A stretch of 64,000 nt of DNA from Gemmatimonadales bacterium (GTDB lineage: Bacteria > Gemmatimonadota > Gemmatimonadetes > Gemmatimonadales > GWC2-71-9), in contig JBJMOX010000341.1 in assembly GCA_045803515.1 (NCBI GenBank), positions 4,180 through 68,179 on the forward strand, given 5' to 3'. Below are positions 55,454-64,000 of the stretch, one piece after another (within the stretch, counting starts at the first letter, position 1; each line of letters starts with the position of its first letter). The notes beneath the pieces are model-generated. The model was not told where the DNA came from. It saw nothing but the letters and a program-made list of their open reading frames with translations, and searched no databases. Both the position numbers and the translations under genes were made by a program.

Positions 55454-55926
55454 CGCGGATCTTGCCGGCTCGCGGCCAGGACATCGACGTCGCACGCGAG
55501 CTGTTCCGGGAATACGCCGCCTCGCTCGGCGTCGACCTCGAGTTTCAGGGATTCTCCGACGAGCTCGCCACGTTGCCCGCAGGCTATGCTCCGCCGGGGG
55601 GAGGGCTCCTCCTGGCGTGGGAGGGAGGGGACGCGGCGGGCTGCGTGGCCTTTCGCCCGCTCGAGCCGGGGATCTGCGAGATGAAGCGGCTCTACGTGCG
55701 CCCGGCCTACCGGGGCACCGGGCTCGGCCGGCGGCTGGCCGAGCGGGTGGTCCGCGAGGCGAGGGATGCGGGCTACGGCAGGATGCGACTCGACACCCTT
55801 CCGGCGATGGCCGGGGCCCGGGCCCTCTACCAGGCACTGGGTTTCCGTCCCATCCCGCCCTACCGCGCGAATCCGATCGATGGCGCCGCCTTCCTGGAGC
55901 TGACGCTGTATCCGGACCAGGGGTAG
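55435..55926 (+). CDS. GNAT-family N-acetyltransferase
   Basis: LYVRPAYRGTGLGRRLAERVV is the canonical R-x-x-G-x-G motif A. 19-nt overlap with the preceding gene. Confidence 0.8.
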   Translation: MAPLGVTRILPARGQDIDVARELFREYAASLGVDLEFQGFSDELATLPAGYAPPGGGLLLAWEGGDAAGCVAFRPLEPGICEMKRLYVRPAYRGTGLGRRLAERVVREARDAGYGRMRLDTLPAMAGARALYQALGFRPIPPYRANPIDGAAFLELTLYPDQG

Positions 55927-55978
55927 ACATCGGGGGCCCTCGCCGCGACCTTTGGCGATTCCCTTTCCAGACGCCGCC

Positions 55979-57052
55979 ATGCGAGCCGAATCCCTCACCT
56001 TTCTCAAAAACCTCCTGGATACCCCGGGGCCCTCCGCCTTCGAGGCTGCACCTGCCAGGCTCTGGCGCACCGAGGCCGGCCGATTCGCCGGGCAGGTGGA
56101 GGCCGATGTGAGCGGCAATTCCCTGGCGACGGTCAATCCGGACGGCTGTCCCCGGGTGATGTTCGCCGGCCACATCGACGAGATCGGGGTCATGGTCACC
56201 CACATCGACGACGACGGGTTCCTCAGCTTCGACGCGATCGGCGGATGGGATGCCCAGGTCTTCGTCGGGCAGCGGGTGCGGCTGCTCGGTCGAGACGGAC
56301 CGGTGATCGGCGTGGTCGGAAAGAAGGCCATCCACATCATGGACAAAGAGGATCGGGAGAAGGTGTCGAAGGTGGAGGATCTCTGGATCGACGTCGGCGC
56401 CACCAGCCGGGGCGAGGCGGAGCGGCGCCTTCGGATCGGCGACCCCGGCGTGCTGGCGGCGGGGGTCATGGAGTTCCCCAACGACCGCCTGGTGAGCCGG
56501 TCGATCGACAATCGGATCGGTGCTTTCGTGGTGTTGGAGGCCCTCCGGCTGCTCGCGGAGGAGAGTGCCGGCCTGGCCGCGTCGGTCACCGCCGTGGCGA
56601 CTACCCGGGAGGAGATCGCCGCGCATGGCGGAGGTGCCCGCTCTTCCGCCGTGGCGCTGGAGCCGCACGTCGCCATCGTCATCGACGTCACCCATGCCAC
56701 CGATTATCCGGGCATCGAGAAGCGGCGGCATGGAGACTACCGGCTGGGCAGCGGTCCGGTGCTCTCGCGCGGAGCATCGGTGAGCGAGCTGGTCTTCGAG
56801 CTCCTGGCTGCCGCGGCGGAGGCGGAGAAGATCCCCTACAGCATCGAAGCCGCGTCGCGAGACACCCACACCGACGCGGAAGCCATCTTCAACGCCCACC
56901 GTGGCGTGGCGACCGCCCTGGTCTCCGTCCCCAACCGCTACATGCACAGTCCCAACGAGATGATTGCGCTGGTGGATCTCGAGCGGACGGCGCGTCTTCT
57001 CGCGGCCTTCGCCCGGCGGCTTCGCCCCGACACCGACTTCGTACCGCGCTAG
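55979..57052 (+). CDS. M42-family aminopeptidase (FrvX/glutamyl aminopeptidase-like)
   Basis: FLKNLLDTPGPSAFE at the N-terminus, HIDEIG, and SRSIDNRIG are M42 signatures. ATG at 55979 is preferred over the TTG at 55952. Confidence 0.8.
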   Translation: MRAESLTFLKNLLDTPGPSAFEAAPARLWRTEAGRFAGQVEADVSGNSLATVNPDGCPRVMFAGHIDEIGVMVTHIDDDGFLSFDAIGGWDAQVFVGQRVRLLGRDGPVIGVVGKKAIHIMDKEDREKVSKVEDLWIDVGATSRGEAERRLRIGDPGVLAAGVMEFPNDRLVSRSIDNRIGAFVVLEALRLLAEESAGLAASVTAVATTREEIAAHGGGARSSAVALEPHVAIVIDVTHATDYPGIEKRRHGDYRLGSGPVLSRGASVSELVFELLAAAAEAEKIPYSIEAASRDTHTDAEAIFNAHRGVATALVSVPNRYMHSPNEMIALVDLERTARLLAAFARRLRPDTDFVPR

Positions 57053-57077
57053 CCGGAGTGGTATTCTTCGGTCTGGT

Positions 57078-58385
57078 ATGCTGAGACCTCCGCCCGTCCT
57101 CGCCGGCATCTTCCTCCTGCTCACGGTTCCCGCCGTCCGGCTCGAGGCACAGTTCGGTGTGCCAAGCTATCCGGAGCGGCGGGTCACGCCCCCGCCGCTC
57201 CAGGCAATCGACGACATCAGGTACCTGAGTGACGACCGGCTGGCCGGGCGCATGACCGGCTCGCCCGGCGCCGACTCGGCCGCGGCCTACCTGGCGCGCC
57301 GGTTCGCCCAGGTGGGTCTGCAGCCGGGAGCGGGAGGCTGGTTTCAGGTGTTTACGGTGGCCAAGACGGCTCCGGTCGCGCAGCAGGCCCATATCGGCGG
57401 ACTCCGGGGGAACAACGTCATCGGCGTGCTGCCCGGCCGGGATCCGGTGCTCCGGAACGAGGCGATCATCGTGGGAGCCCACTACGACCACCTCGGCCTG
57501 GGTGGGTTCGGCAGCCTCGATCCGGACAGCACCGGACGAGTGCACAACGGGGCGGACGACAACGCGTCGGGCGCGGCGATGCTGATTCAGATCGCCGCTC
57601 GGCTGGCCGTGGCGCCGCCTGCCCGGACGGTGGTCTTCATCGCGTTCAGCGGCGAGGAGCTGGGGCTCCTGGGTTCCTCCTATTATGTGAAGCAGCCGGT
57701 GTACCCCCTCTCGACCACCCGGGCCATGATCAACCTCGACATGGTGGGGCGACTGCGGCAGAGTCGCCTCATCGTCTACGGCAGCCAGACCGCCAAGGAG
57801 TTTCCCGCCCTGCTCGACTCGCTCAACTGGTACGCCGGCTTCGACCTCAAGCGCCAGGGCGACGGCTATGGACCGAGCGATCAGTCGTCGTTCTACGCGG
57901 CGGGACTGCCGGTGCTGCACCTGTTCACCGATCTGCACGAGGACTATCACCGGTCGACCGACGATTGGGAGAAGATCAACCTCGATGGATTCAAGCGGGT
58001 GAGCGACTTTGCCGCCGGCCTGGTGACGGCGCTGGCCAATCGTCCGCGGCCGCTCACGATCGTGACCACGGTGCCACCGATCGAAGCGGACACCACCCGG
58101 ATGAGTGGCTCGGCCGAGGGCGCCTACCTGGGCACGGTGCCGGACATGATCGATACTCCGGGAGGCGTCCGCCTGGTGGGGGTGCGCGCCGGGAGCCCGG
58201 CGGAGCGCGCGGGGCTCCGCGGCGACGACGTCATCACCCGGATCGGCACCATGGAGATTCCGAATCTCGAGGCCATGTGGGCGGCCCTCCGCAGCCACCA
58301 GCCGGGGGACGTGGTGGAGATCGTGGTTCGGCGCGGGGACCAGGTCACCACCTTGCGCGCGACGCTCGGACTCAGGAGAGGGTGA
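57078..58385 (+). CDS. M28-family aminopeptidase with C-terminal PDZ domain
   Basis: Signal peptide. Zinc-ligand contexts VGAHYDHLG, GADDNASG, FSGEELGLLGS and YHRSTD. C-terminal PDZ (GVRLVGVRAGSPAERAGLRGDDVI). Confidence 0.82.
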   Translation: MLRPPPVLAGIFLLLTVPAVRLEAQFGVPSYPERRVTPPPLQAIDDIRYLSDDRLAGRMTGSPGADSAAAYLARRFAQVGLQPGAGGWFQVFTVAKTAPVAQQAHIGGLRGNNVIGVLPGRDPVLRNEAIIVGAHYDHLGLGGFGSLDPDSTGRVHNGADDNASGAAMLIQIAARLAVAPPARTVVFIAFSGEELGLLGSSYYVKQPVYPLSTTRAMINLDMVGRLRQSRLIVYGSQTAKEFPALLDSLNWYAGFDLKRQGDGYGPSDQSSFYAAGLPVLHLFTDLHEDYHRSTDDWEKINLDGFKRVSDFAAGLVTALANRPRPLTIVTTVPPIEADTTRMSGSAEGAYLGTVPDMIDTPGGVRLVGVRAGSPAERAGLRGDDVITRIGTMEIPNLEAMWAALRSHQPGDVVEIVVRRGDQVTTLRATLGLRRG

Positions 58386-58388
58386 CTC

Positions 58389-58844
58389 ATGCCGGCACTG
58401 GATGCGGACAAGGTGATCGCCTCGTTGCGCGGCGGATTCGCCCGCGAGGTCGGACGGGCGCAGCTGCTGCGCATCGCGGCCGAGCGGATCCAGGCAGCGG
58501 GGGCGCCCTACACGTCGGTCTACCTCTACATGCTCCAGGGCGGAGAGCTGGTGCTCGAGGCCCACGCCGGCCGGGAGACCGAGCACACCCGGATCGCGGT
58601 GGGCCAGGGGGTCTGCGGGACCGCCGTCGCCACCGGTCAGGACCAGAACGTCGCCGACGTGCGGGCGGTCTCCAACTACATCGCCTGCAACGCGTGGACC
58701 CGGTCGGAGCTGGTCGTGCTGATCCGGCGCGGGAGCACCATTCTGGGCCAGATCGACATCGACAGCGACGTGCCCGACCCGTTCACACCGGACGAGGAGG
58801 CATCCGTCCGCCGGGTGGCCGACGCGCTGGCGGTCCTCTTGTAA
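58389..58844 (+). CDS. GAF-domain protein (free methionine-R-sulfoxide reductase-like)
   Basis: 151 aa. GVCGTAVATGQ, YIACN and SELVVLI follow the fRMsr/YebR GAF pattern with conserved Cys positions. Confidence 0.65.
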   Translation: MPALDADKVIASLRGGFAREVGRAQLLRIAAERIQAAGAPYTSVYLYMLQGGELVLEAHAGRETEHTRIAVGQGVCGTAVATGQDQNVADVRAVSNYIACNAWTRSELVVLIRRGSTILGQIDIDSDVPDPFTPDEEASVRRVADALAVLL

Positions 58845-59654
58845 TTGCCTACCCCGGTCGAGCTTTTCGTCCGCCGGATCGGCACCGGCCCGCCAACCGT
58901 CGTGCTCCACGGCGGGCCCGGCGCCCACCACGACTATCTCCTCCCCGGTTTCGACGCGCTCGCCCGCGGGCGCGAGCTGATCTACTACGATCAGCGTGGT
59001 GGCGGACGCTCACCGGTGGCGCGTGACGTGCCGGTTGGCTGGCGCGAGCACGTGGCCGACCTGGACATGCTTCGGGAGGAGTGGGGACTCTCCACGCTCA
59101 CCCTCGCGGGGTACTCCTGGGGCGGACTGCTGGCGTTGCTGTACGCGCTCGAGCATACCGAGCGCGTCGCCCGGCTGGCGCTGGTCTCTCCCGCGCCGGC
59201 CTGGCGCGCCGCCCGCGAGCAATTCGAGCAGGGCTTTACCCACCGGACCCTCGACCCGGTCTTCCAGAACGCGCGGCGACGGCTTCGCGAGAGCGGTCTC
59301 CGCGAACGGGACCCGGCCGCCTACCAGCAGCGCATCTTCGAGTTGTCGGTGGCCCCTTACTTCTTCGATCCCGATCGGGCGCACGAGCTCACCCCATTCC
59401 GGGTCACCGGCCGGACCCAGGAGGAGGTCTGGGCCAGTCTTGGCGACTACGACATCCGACCCCCGCTCGAGACGCTGCGGGGCATTCCGTCGATCGTGCT
59501 CCATGGCGAGAACGACCCGATTCCCATCGCTTCGGCGCGGGTGACGGCCGAGCTGATCGGAGCGGAGTTCCAGGCCTTGCCGCGCTGCGGCCACGTACCG
59601 TATGTGGAGGCGTTCGAGAGCTTTGTCACGTTGCTGGACGGCTTTCTCCCCTGA
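58845..59654 (+). CDS. Alpha/beta hydrolase (proline iminopeptidase-like)
   Basis: HGGPG oxyanion motif, nucleophile elbow GYSWGG and C-terminal CGHVP (His). TTG start directly after the upstream stop. Confidence 0.75.
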   Translation: MPTPVELFVRRIGTGPPTVVLHGGPGAHHDYLLPGFDALARGRELIYYDQRGGGRSPVARDVPVGWREHVADLDMLREEWGLSTLTLAGYSWGGLLALLYALEHTERVARLALVSPAPAWRAAREQFEQGFTHRTLDPVFQNARRRLRESGLRERDPAAYQQRIFELSVAPYFFDPDRAHELTPFRVTGRTQEEVWASLGDYDIRPPLETLRGIPSIVLHGENDPIPIASARVTAELIGAEFQALPRCGHVPYVEAFESFVTLLDGFLP

Positions 59655-59695
59655 GGGCCAGGGACCGCGCCGGCCGGGGGGTTACCTTTCTCGAC

Positions 59696-60370
59696 ATGCC
59701 CCGTCCCACCCCGTTCGACCTCGTCTTCAGTCAGATCGCCGAGCGCACGTTCCCGGAGATCCGGGGCTCCATCGAGCGGGCAGGGTACGAGCCGACCGAT
59801 CGGGATGCCTTCCTTATGATCCCCGAAGTGGTCAGCCTGCTGCGCGAGCTCAGGCCGGAGGAGGGAGTCGGCGAGGGGATGGATCAACTGGTGGCCCTGC
59901 TGCACCACGTCTACGTTCTCTGGGACGCCGGAGGATTGACCCTGCCGGTGCTGGAGGACCGGCTCGCCGAGCTGCTCGGCTCCTCATTTCCCGCTACTAC
60001 GTCCACTCCCCCCGAGCCGCCGCGGGCGTACTACGCTCAATTCCCCCAGCACCAGGTGTGGGCGGAGGTGTTGGAGGGCGAATCCCACGAGCCGCTGGAC
60101 GGCTGCTTCGTCCACTCGATGACAGGCGGCAATCTCCGGGTCCTCGGAGTGTTCGGAGTCCGCCCGGAGCGGCTGGGGTTCAGCGTGGTCGAGGCGGAAG
60201 GGCCCTGGGCTCCTGACCTCCGCCGCCCCGACGGAAGCAGGCTGTTTTCGCCGGTGCTTCCGGGCGGCGTCTCGGCAGGTCTCCATTCCATCGCCGGCGG
60301 CGAAGAGCTACTCGAGCTCGGCTGGCGCACTCGCGCGATGGCAACCGAACTGTTGGCTCCGGCTCGCTAG
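59696..60370 (+). CDS. Hypothetical protein coupled to polX
   Basis: 224 aa from MPRPTPFDLVF. No motif recognised. Ends 2 nt before the polX ATG. Confidence 0.5.
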   Translation: MPRPTPFDLVFSQIAERTFPEIRGSIERAGYEPTDRDAFLMIPEVVSLLRELRPEEGVGEGMDQLVALLHHVYVLWDAGGLTLPVLEDRLAELLGSSFPATTSTPPEPPRAYYAQFPQHQVWAEVLEGESHEPLDGCFVHSMTGGNLRVLGVFGVRPERLGFSVVEAEGPWAPDLRRPDGSRLFSPVLPGGVSAGLHSIAGGEELLELGWRTRAMATELLAPAR

Positions 60371-60372
60371 CC

Positions 60373-62118
60373 ATGGAGAGCGTCAAGAGCTTCATGGACA
60401 AGAAGGCGGTGGCCCACGTCCTGGAGCAGATCGCCGCCTTTCTCGAGCTCAAGAGCGAGAATCCCTTCCGGATCCGCGCGTTCCGGACCGCCGCGCGGGC
60501 GGTGGGGAGCTTCCCCGGCGACCTGCGAGATGCCCTGGAGGATGGCTCGCTCGCCGCGGCGAAGGGCATCGGTCCGGCGACGCTCCAGATCATCGCCGAG
60601 CTGGTCAATACCGGTCGCGCCGGCACGCTGGAAGAGCTGCGGGAGCAGATCCCTCCCGGCTTGGTCGAGATGCTCGCCATCTCCGGTCTCGGCGTGGCCA
60701 AGATCCGGCAGATCCACGAGGTGCTCGACGTCGATTCCCTGCCCGAGCTGGAGGCGGCGGCCCTCGATGGCCGCCTGGCCAAGCTGCCCCGGTTCGGGGC
60801 GAAGACCTCGGAGAACATCCTCAAGGGCATCGCGTTCCTGCGCCAGGCGAGCGCCTTCCGGCTCTCCCATCACGCCGCCGAGGAGGCGGAGGGGCTGCGC
60901 GTGGCGCTGGAGCGGCTTCCGGGTGTGCTCGCGGCGGTGGTCGCCGGAGACGTCCGGCGGCGGGCGGAAGTGGTCAAGGACCTGGTCGTGGTGCTGGTGG
61001 CCGCGGTCGCCCCGGGCGAGCTGTTCAAGCGGCTGAACCAGTTGCCGGGGATTCACGAATTCGCCGGTCAGGACGACCGGCGGCTGACCCTCAGGTTCGC
61101 CGGCGGCGCCAGCGCGCAGATCGTGGTCACCACGCCGGTGAACGCTGGTGCCGTGCTGGTGCAGGCCACCGGCAGCGAGGCCCACCTGCAGCAGCTCGCG
61201 GAGTACGCGGCCGGCCGTGGGTTCGCCTTGACCGGCGCGGCTCTCTGGCGAGGCAGCGAATTCGTGCCCACGCCGGATGAGCAGCACTTTTACGAGGCCC
61301 TGGGACTGAGCCTCATTCCGCCCGAGCTCCGCGAGGGGCAAGGCGAGATCGCCGCCGCGGCGTCCGGGCATCTCCCCCGCCTGCTCGAGCCGGGCGACCT
61401 GCAGGGGTTCCTGCACTGCCACACCACCTATTCGGACGGCTCCAACTCGGTGGAGCAGCTGGCCCTCGCCTGCCGGGCCGCCGGGTACGGCTGGATCGGC
61501 ATCACCGACCACAGTCAGGCGGCGGCATACGCCGGCGGGCTCCGGCCGGACGACCTGGCGCGGCAGTCCGACGAGATCGATGAGGTCAACCAGAGGGTCG
61601 AGGGGATCAGGGTGCTGAAAGGCGTGGAAGCCGACATCCTGCAGGATGGGAGGATCGACTTCGACGAGAGCATCCTCGCACGGTTGGACTTCGTGATCGC
61701 CTCGGTCCACAGCCGGTTCAACATGGGCGAGCAGGAGATGACGGCCCGCCTGCTCGCGGCCATGGACAACCCCTATCTGACCATCATCGGCCATCCCACT
61801 GGCCGGCTGCTCCTCTCACGAGACCCCTATGGCCTGGATCTCGACGCCGTGATCGAGAAGGCCGCCGCCACCGGCGTCGCGCTGGAGATCAACGCCGATC
61901 CCCACCGGCTCGACCTGGACTGGCGTGCGGTGCGCCGGACCCGCGACCACCGGGTGCGGGTCTCGATCGGTGCCGATGCCCACAGCGTGGCCGGGATCAA
62001 GTACGTGGAATTCGGCGTGGCTGTGGCGCGGAAGGGCTGGCTGGGACCCGAGGATGTCCTGAACGCCCGACCGGTGGAGGGCTTCCTCGCACTGGCCGCG
62101 AAGAGAAGACCGAGGTGA
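60373..62118 (+). CDS. polX: DNA polymerase X family protein with C-terminal PHP domain
   Basis: 581 aa. N-terminal HhH/8-kDa region ([25 protein letters not shown]), a Pol beta-like core, and a PHP domain ([19 protein letters not shown]). Confidence 0.88.
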   Translation: MESVKSFMDKKAVAHVLEQIAAFLELKSENPFRIRAFRTAARAVGSFPGDLRDALEDGSLAAAKGIGPATLQIIAELVNTGRAGTLEELREQIPPGLVEMLAISGLGVAKIRQIHEVLDVDSLPELEAAALDGRLAKLPRFGAKTSENILKGIAFLRQASAFRLSHHAAEEAEGLRVALERLPGVLAAVVAGDVRRRAEVVKDLVVVLVAAVAPGELFKRLNQLPGIHEFAGQDDRRLTLRFAGGASAQIVVTTPVNAGAVLVQATGSEAHLQQLAEYAAGRGFALTGAALWRGSEFVPTPDEQHFYEALGLSLIPPELREGQGEIAAAASGHLPRLLEPGDLQGFLHCHTTYSDGSNSVEQLALACRAAGYGWIGITDHSQAAAYAGGLRPDDLARQSDEIDEVNQRVEGIRVLKGVEADILQDGRIDFDESILARLDFVIASVHSRFNMGEQEMTARLLAAMDNPYLTIIGHPTGRLLLSRDPYGLDLDAVIEKAAATGVALEINADPHRLDLDWRAVRRTRDHRVRVSIGADAHSVAGIKYVEFGVAVARKGWLGPEDVLNARPVEGFLALAAKRRPR

Positions 62119-62804
62119 AGCGGGTCCCGGCCCGATCCGGACCCGGGCTCAAGCGAAAGACCGCGCGACCCCGCGGTACAGCGGCCCGCGCGCCCGCGAT
62201 CGTACAACGCCTCGAGCGGGCCTATCCTGACGCGGCCTGCGCCCTCCGGCACGGCAACGCCTTCGAGCTGCTCTGCGCGACGATCCTCTCCGCCCAGTGC
62301 ACCGACGCCCGAGTCAATCTGGTCACCCCGACCCTGTTCGCCCGGTACCCCACAGCGGAGGCGCTCGCGCGGGCGTCCCAAGCGGAGGTCGAGGAGATCA
62401 TCAAGTCCACCGGCTTTTTCCGGAACAAGGCCAAGAGCCTCATCGGCATGGCCCAGGCGATCGCGGCGAATCACCGGGGAGAGGTGCCCCGCACGATGGC
62501 GGAGCTCCGCATGCTCCCCGGCGTCGGCCGGAAAACCGCGAACGTGATCCTGGGGAATGCCTTCGGCCTCAATGAGGGAATTACGGTCGACACCCATGTT
62601 GCCCGTCTGAGCCAGCTCCTCGGGCTCACCCAACAGGCCGACCCGGCCAAGATCGAGCAGGACCTGATGTCCCTCTTTCCCCGGGAAAAGTGGGCCCTGC
62701 TTTCGCACCTGCTCATCTTCCACGGCCGCCAGGTGTGCATCGCGCGCCGCCCGCGATGCGGCCAGTGCGTGCTGTCCGATATCTGCCCATCGAGCCTGGT
62801 CTGA
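62115..62804 (+). CDS. nth: Endonuclease III
   Basis: HhH-GPD motif ([13 protein letters not shown]) with catalytic Lys, and the C-terminal 4Fe-4S cluster [17 protein letters not shown]. 4-nt overlap with polX. Confidence 0.92.
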   Translation: MKRVPARSGPGLKRKTARPRGTAARAPAIVQRLERAYPDAACALRHGNAFELLCATILSAQCTDARVNLVTPTLFARYPTAEALARASQAEVEEIIKSTGFFRNKAKSLIGMAQAIAANHRGEVPRTMAELRMLPGVGRKTANVILGNAFGLNEGITVDTHVARLSQLLGLTQQADPAKIEQDLMSLFPREKWALLSHLLIFHGRQVCIARRPRCGQCVLSDICPSSLV

Positions 62805-62971
62805 GGTCTACGGGCAGGAAACTTGCTCCCGCCAGTCTTTCGGTTTTCCCTTCCTATTACTGGCAATCTTTCGCGCCTGCCTGCCTGGACGCCCCGGGCT
62901 GAGCGGGTGATTGGGAGTCGCTGTGCGCCTAGGCTCTATTTGCATGTACATCAACAGCTTAAGATGACTCC

Positions 62972-64000
62972 ATGGACTTGGTGAAGCCGGTCGCCATGGG
63001 GAGCGTCCCCGCGGGGGTGCTTCAAGGTGCCGGCGCCAACTGGTCCGCGGGCCGCGAAGCGGCCGCTTGGGGTTCCGAGAGGAGTATCGCGGAACCCCTG
63101 TGCCGGCGCATCCTGTTTGTGGCACCCCAGCCCTTTTATGAGGACCGGGGGACGCCCATCGCCATTCGCCAGGTGCTTCAGGCCCTGGGGCAGCTCGGCT
63201 ATGCGGTGGACCTGCTGACGTACCCGGTGGGAATTGATGTGGCCATCCCGGGTCTCCGCATTTTCCGGGGCGCCAACCCGTTCGGCTTCCGCAGTGTCCC
63301 GGTCGGCCTCTCGGTTCGGAAGCTGCTGCTCGATATCTCGCTTGCCGCCGCGCTCCGGGCCCACCTGCGGAGTCAATCGTACACCTGCGTGCATGCCGTC
63401 GAGGAAATGGCGTTTCCGGCCTCCCTCCTCGGCCGCCGCTACGGCGTCCCCGTGCTGTACGACATGCAGTCGAGTCTGCCGGAGCAGCTTTCGCGCAGGG
63501 TGCCGTTCCGGTGGGCGCCGGTGCGGTGGATGCTCGAGCGACTGGAGCGCTGGCTGATCGACCGGTCGGACCTGATCGTCAGCAGTGCCGGTCTCGCGGC
63601 GAAGATCCAGCGGGCCGCACCCGGTGCGCCGGTGCGGGAATGGCACTTCCCCAGCGCCCCGATCGAGGTGGAGGCGCCCGATGTGGGTGCGCTGCGCGTG
63701 CGGCTCGGCCTCTCGGCCGAGGAGCCGGTGATCCTCTACAGCGGCACCTTCGAGGCGTATCAGGGTCTTCCCGAGCTCATCGCCGCCATTCCGATGGTCC
63801 GGGCACAGGTCCCGTCGGCCACGTTCGTGCTGGTGGGGGCGGACCGTGCGAACGGCCTCGCCACCCAGGAGGGCACCGAGGCCCTGCTCCGGAGCGGAGC
63901 GCTGCGGATAGTCGAGCGGCAGCCGCGGTCGGAGATGGCGGCCTACCTCACCATGGCCGATGTCCTGGTTTCGCCGCGCGCGTACGGGGGCAACCTGCCG
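62972..64000 (+). CDS. Glycosyltransferase family 4 (GT-B, group 1), 3'-truncated by window end
   Basis: My own translation runs open from 62972 to the window end: RILFVAPQPFYEDRGTPIAIRQVL, ILYSGTFEAYQGLPELI, FVLVGAD, ADVLVSPR. Absent from the ORF track. Start uncertain (ATG 62972/62996 or GTG 63017). Confidence 0.75.
   Translation, partial: MDLVKPVAMGSVPAGVLQGAGANWSAGREAAAWGSERSIAEPLCRRILFVAPQPFYEDRGTPIAIRQVLQALGQLGYAVDLLTYPVGIDVAIPGLRIFRGANPFGFRSVPVGLSVRKLLLDISLAAALRAHLRSQSYTCVHAVEEMAFPASLLGRRYGVPVLYDMQSSLPEQLSRRVPFRWAPVRWMLERLERWLIDRSDLIVSSAGLAAKIQRAAPGAPVREWHFPSAPIEVEAPDVGALRVRLGLSAEEPVILYSGTFEAYQGLPELIAAIPMVRAQVPSATFVLVGADRANGLATQEGTEALLRSGALRIVERQPRSEMAAYLTMADVLVSPRAYGGNLP

Overview
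High-GC, gene-dense chromosomal segment with about 70 protein genes on both strands and many 1-4 nt start/stop overlaps. I recognised no rRNA, tRNA, CRISPR array, transposase or integrase. Signal peptides ending in AQQ/LQAQ and the gene content weakly suggest a Gemmatimonadota-like Gram-negative bacterium; this is inference only. Modules in order: (1) STAS protein, CheY-like receiver and ABC ATPase fragment; Kup K+ transporter; DsbA-like oxidoreductase; OsmC; CDP-alcohol phosphatidyltransferase; GalU-like nucleotidyltransferase. (2) TPR protein plus fused M16 peptidase. (3) TetR-TolC-HlyD-MFS (EmrAB-type) efflux operon. (4) HAMP histidine kinase plus sigma-54 enhancer-binding response regulator, followed by a -24/-12 promoter, an unannotated 24-codon pqqA, pqqBCDE and a translationally coupled ABC-2 exporter. 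(5) P5C dehydrogenase. (6) PAP2, short ModE-like HTH, OprP-like porin and molybdate/tungstate-binding protein. (7) cutA-mgtE, an orphan ZAS anti-sigma factor, a YfcC transporter and trxC. (8) A second sigma-54-type promoter in front of a GNAT and a soluble acyl-ACP desaturase; yggT and DUF167. (9) metH plus an Hcy-methyltransferase/MTHFR fusion behind a structured leader; an acyl-CoA dehydrogenase. (10) Fasciclin protein, PBP4, ECF sigma/anti-sigma pair. (11) A peptide-scavenging cluster: S8 protease, OPT transporter, M42, M28-PDZ and a prolyl-iminopeptidase-like hydrolase. (12) An unknown protein, PolX, endonuclease III, and the start of a GT4 glycosyltransferase. Best candidates for new biology: the two-component/sigma-54-controlled pqq operon with twin palindromes and a coupled ABC-2 exporter; a 253-nt low-GC intergenic element closed by a long-range stem whose G-U pairs fit only a plus-strand transcript; a terminator/antiterminator-like metH leader; and a Mo/W module with a porin but no permease. 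All calls rest on reading the sequence and the supplied translations. No database search was run.
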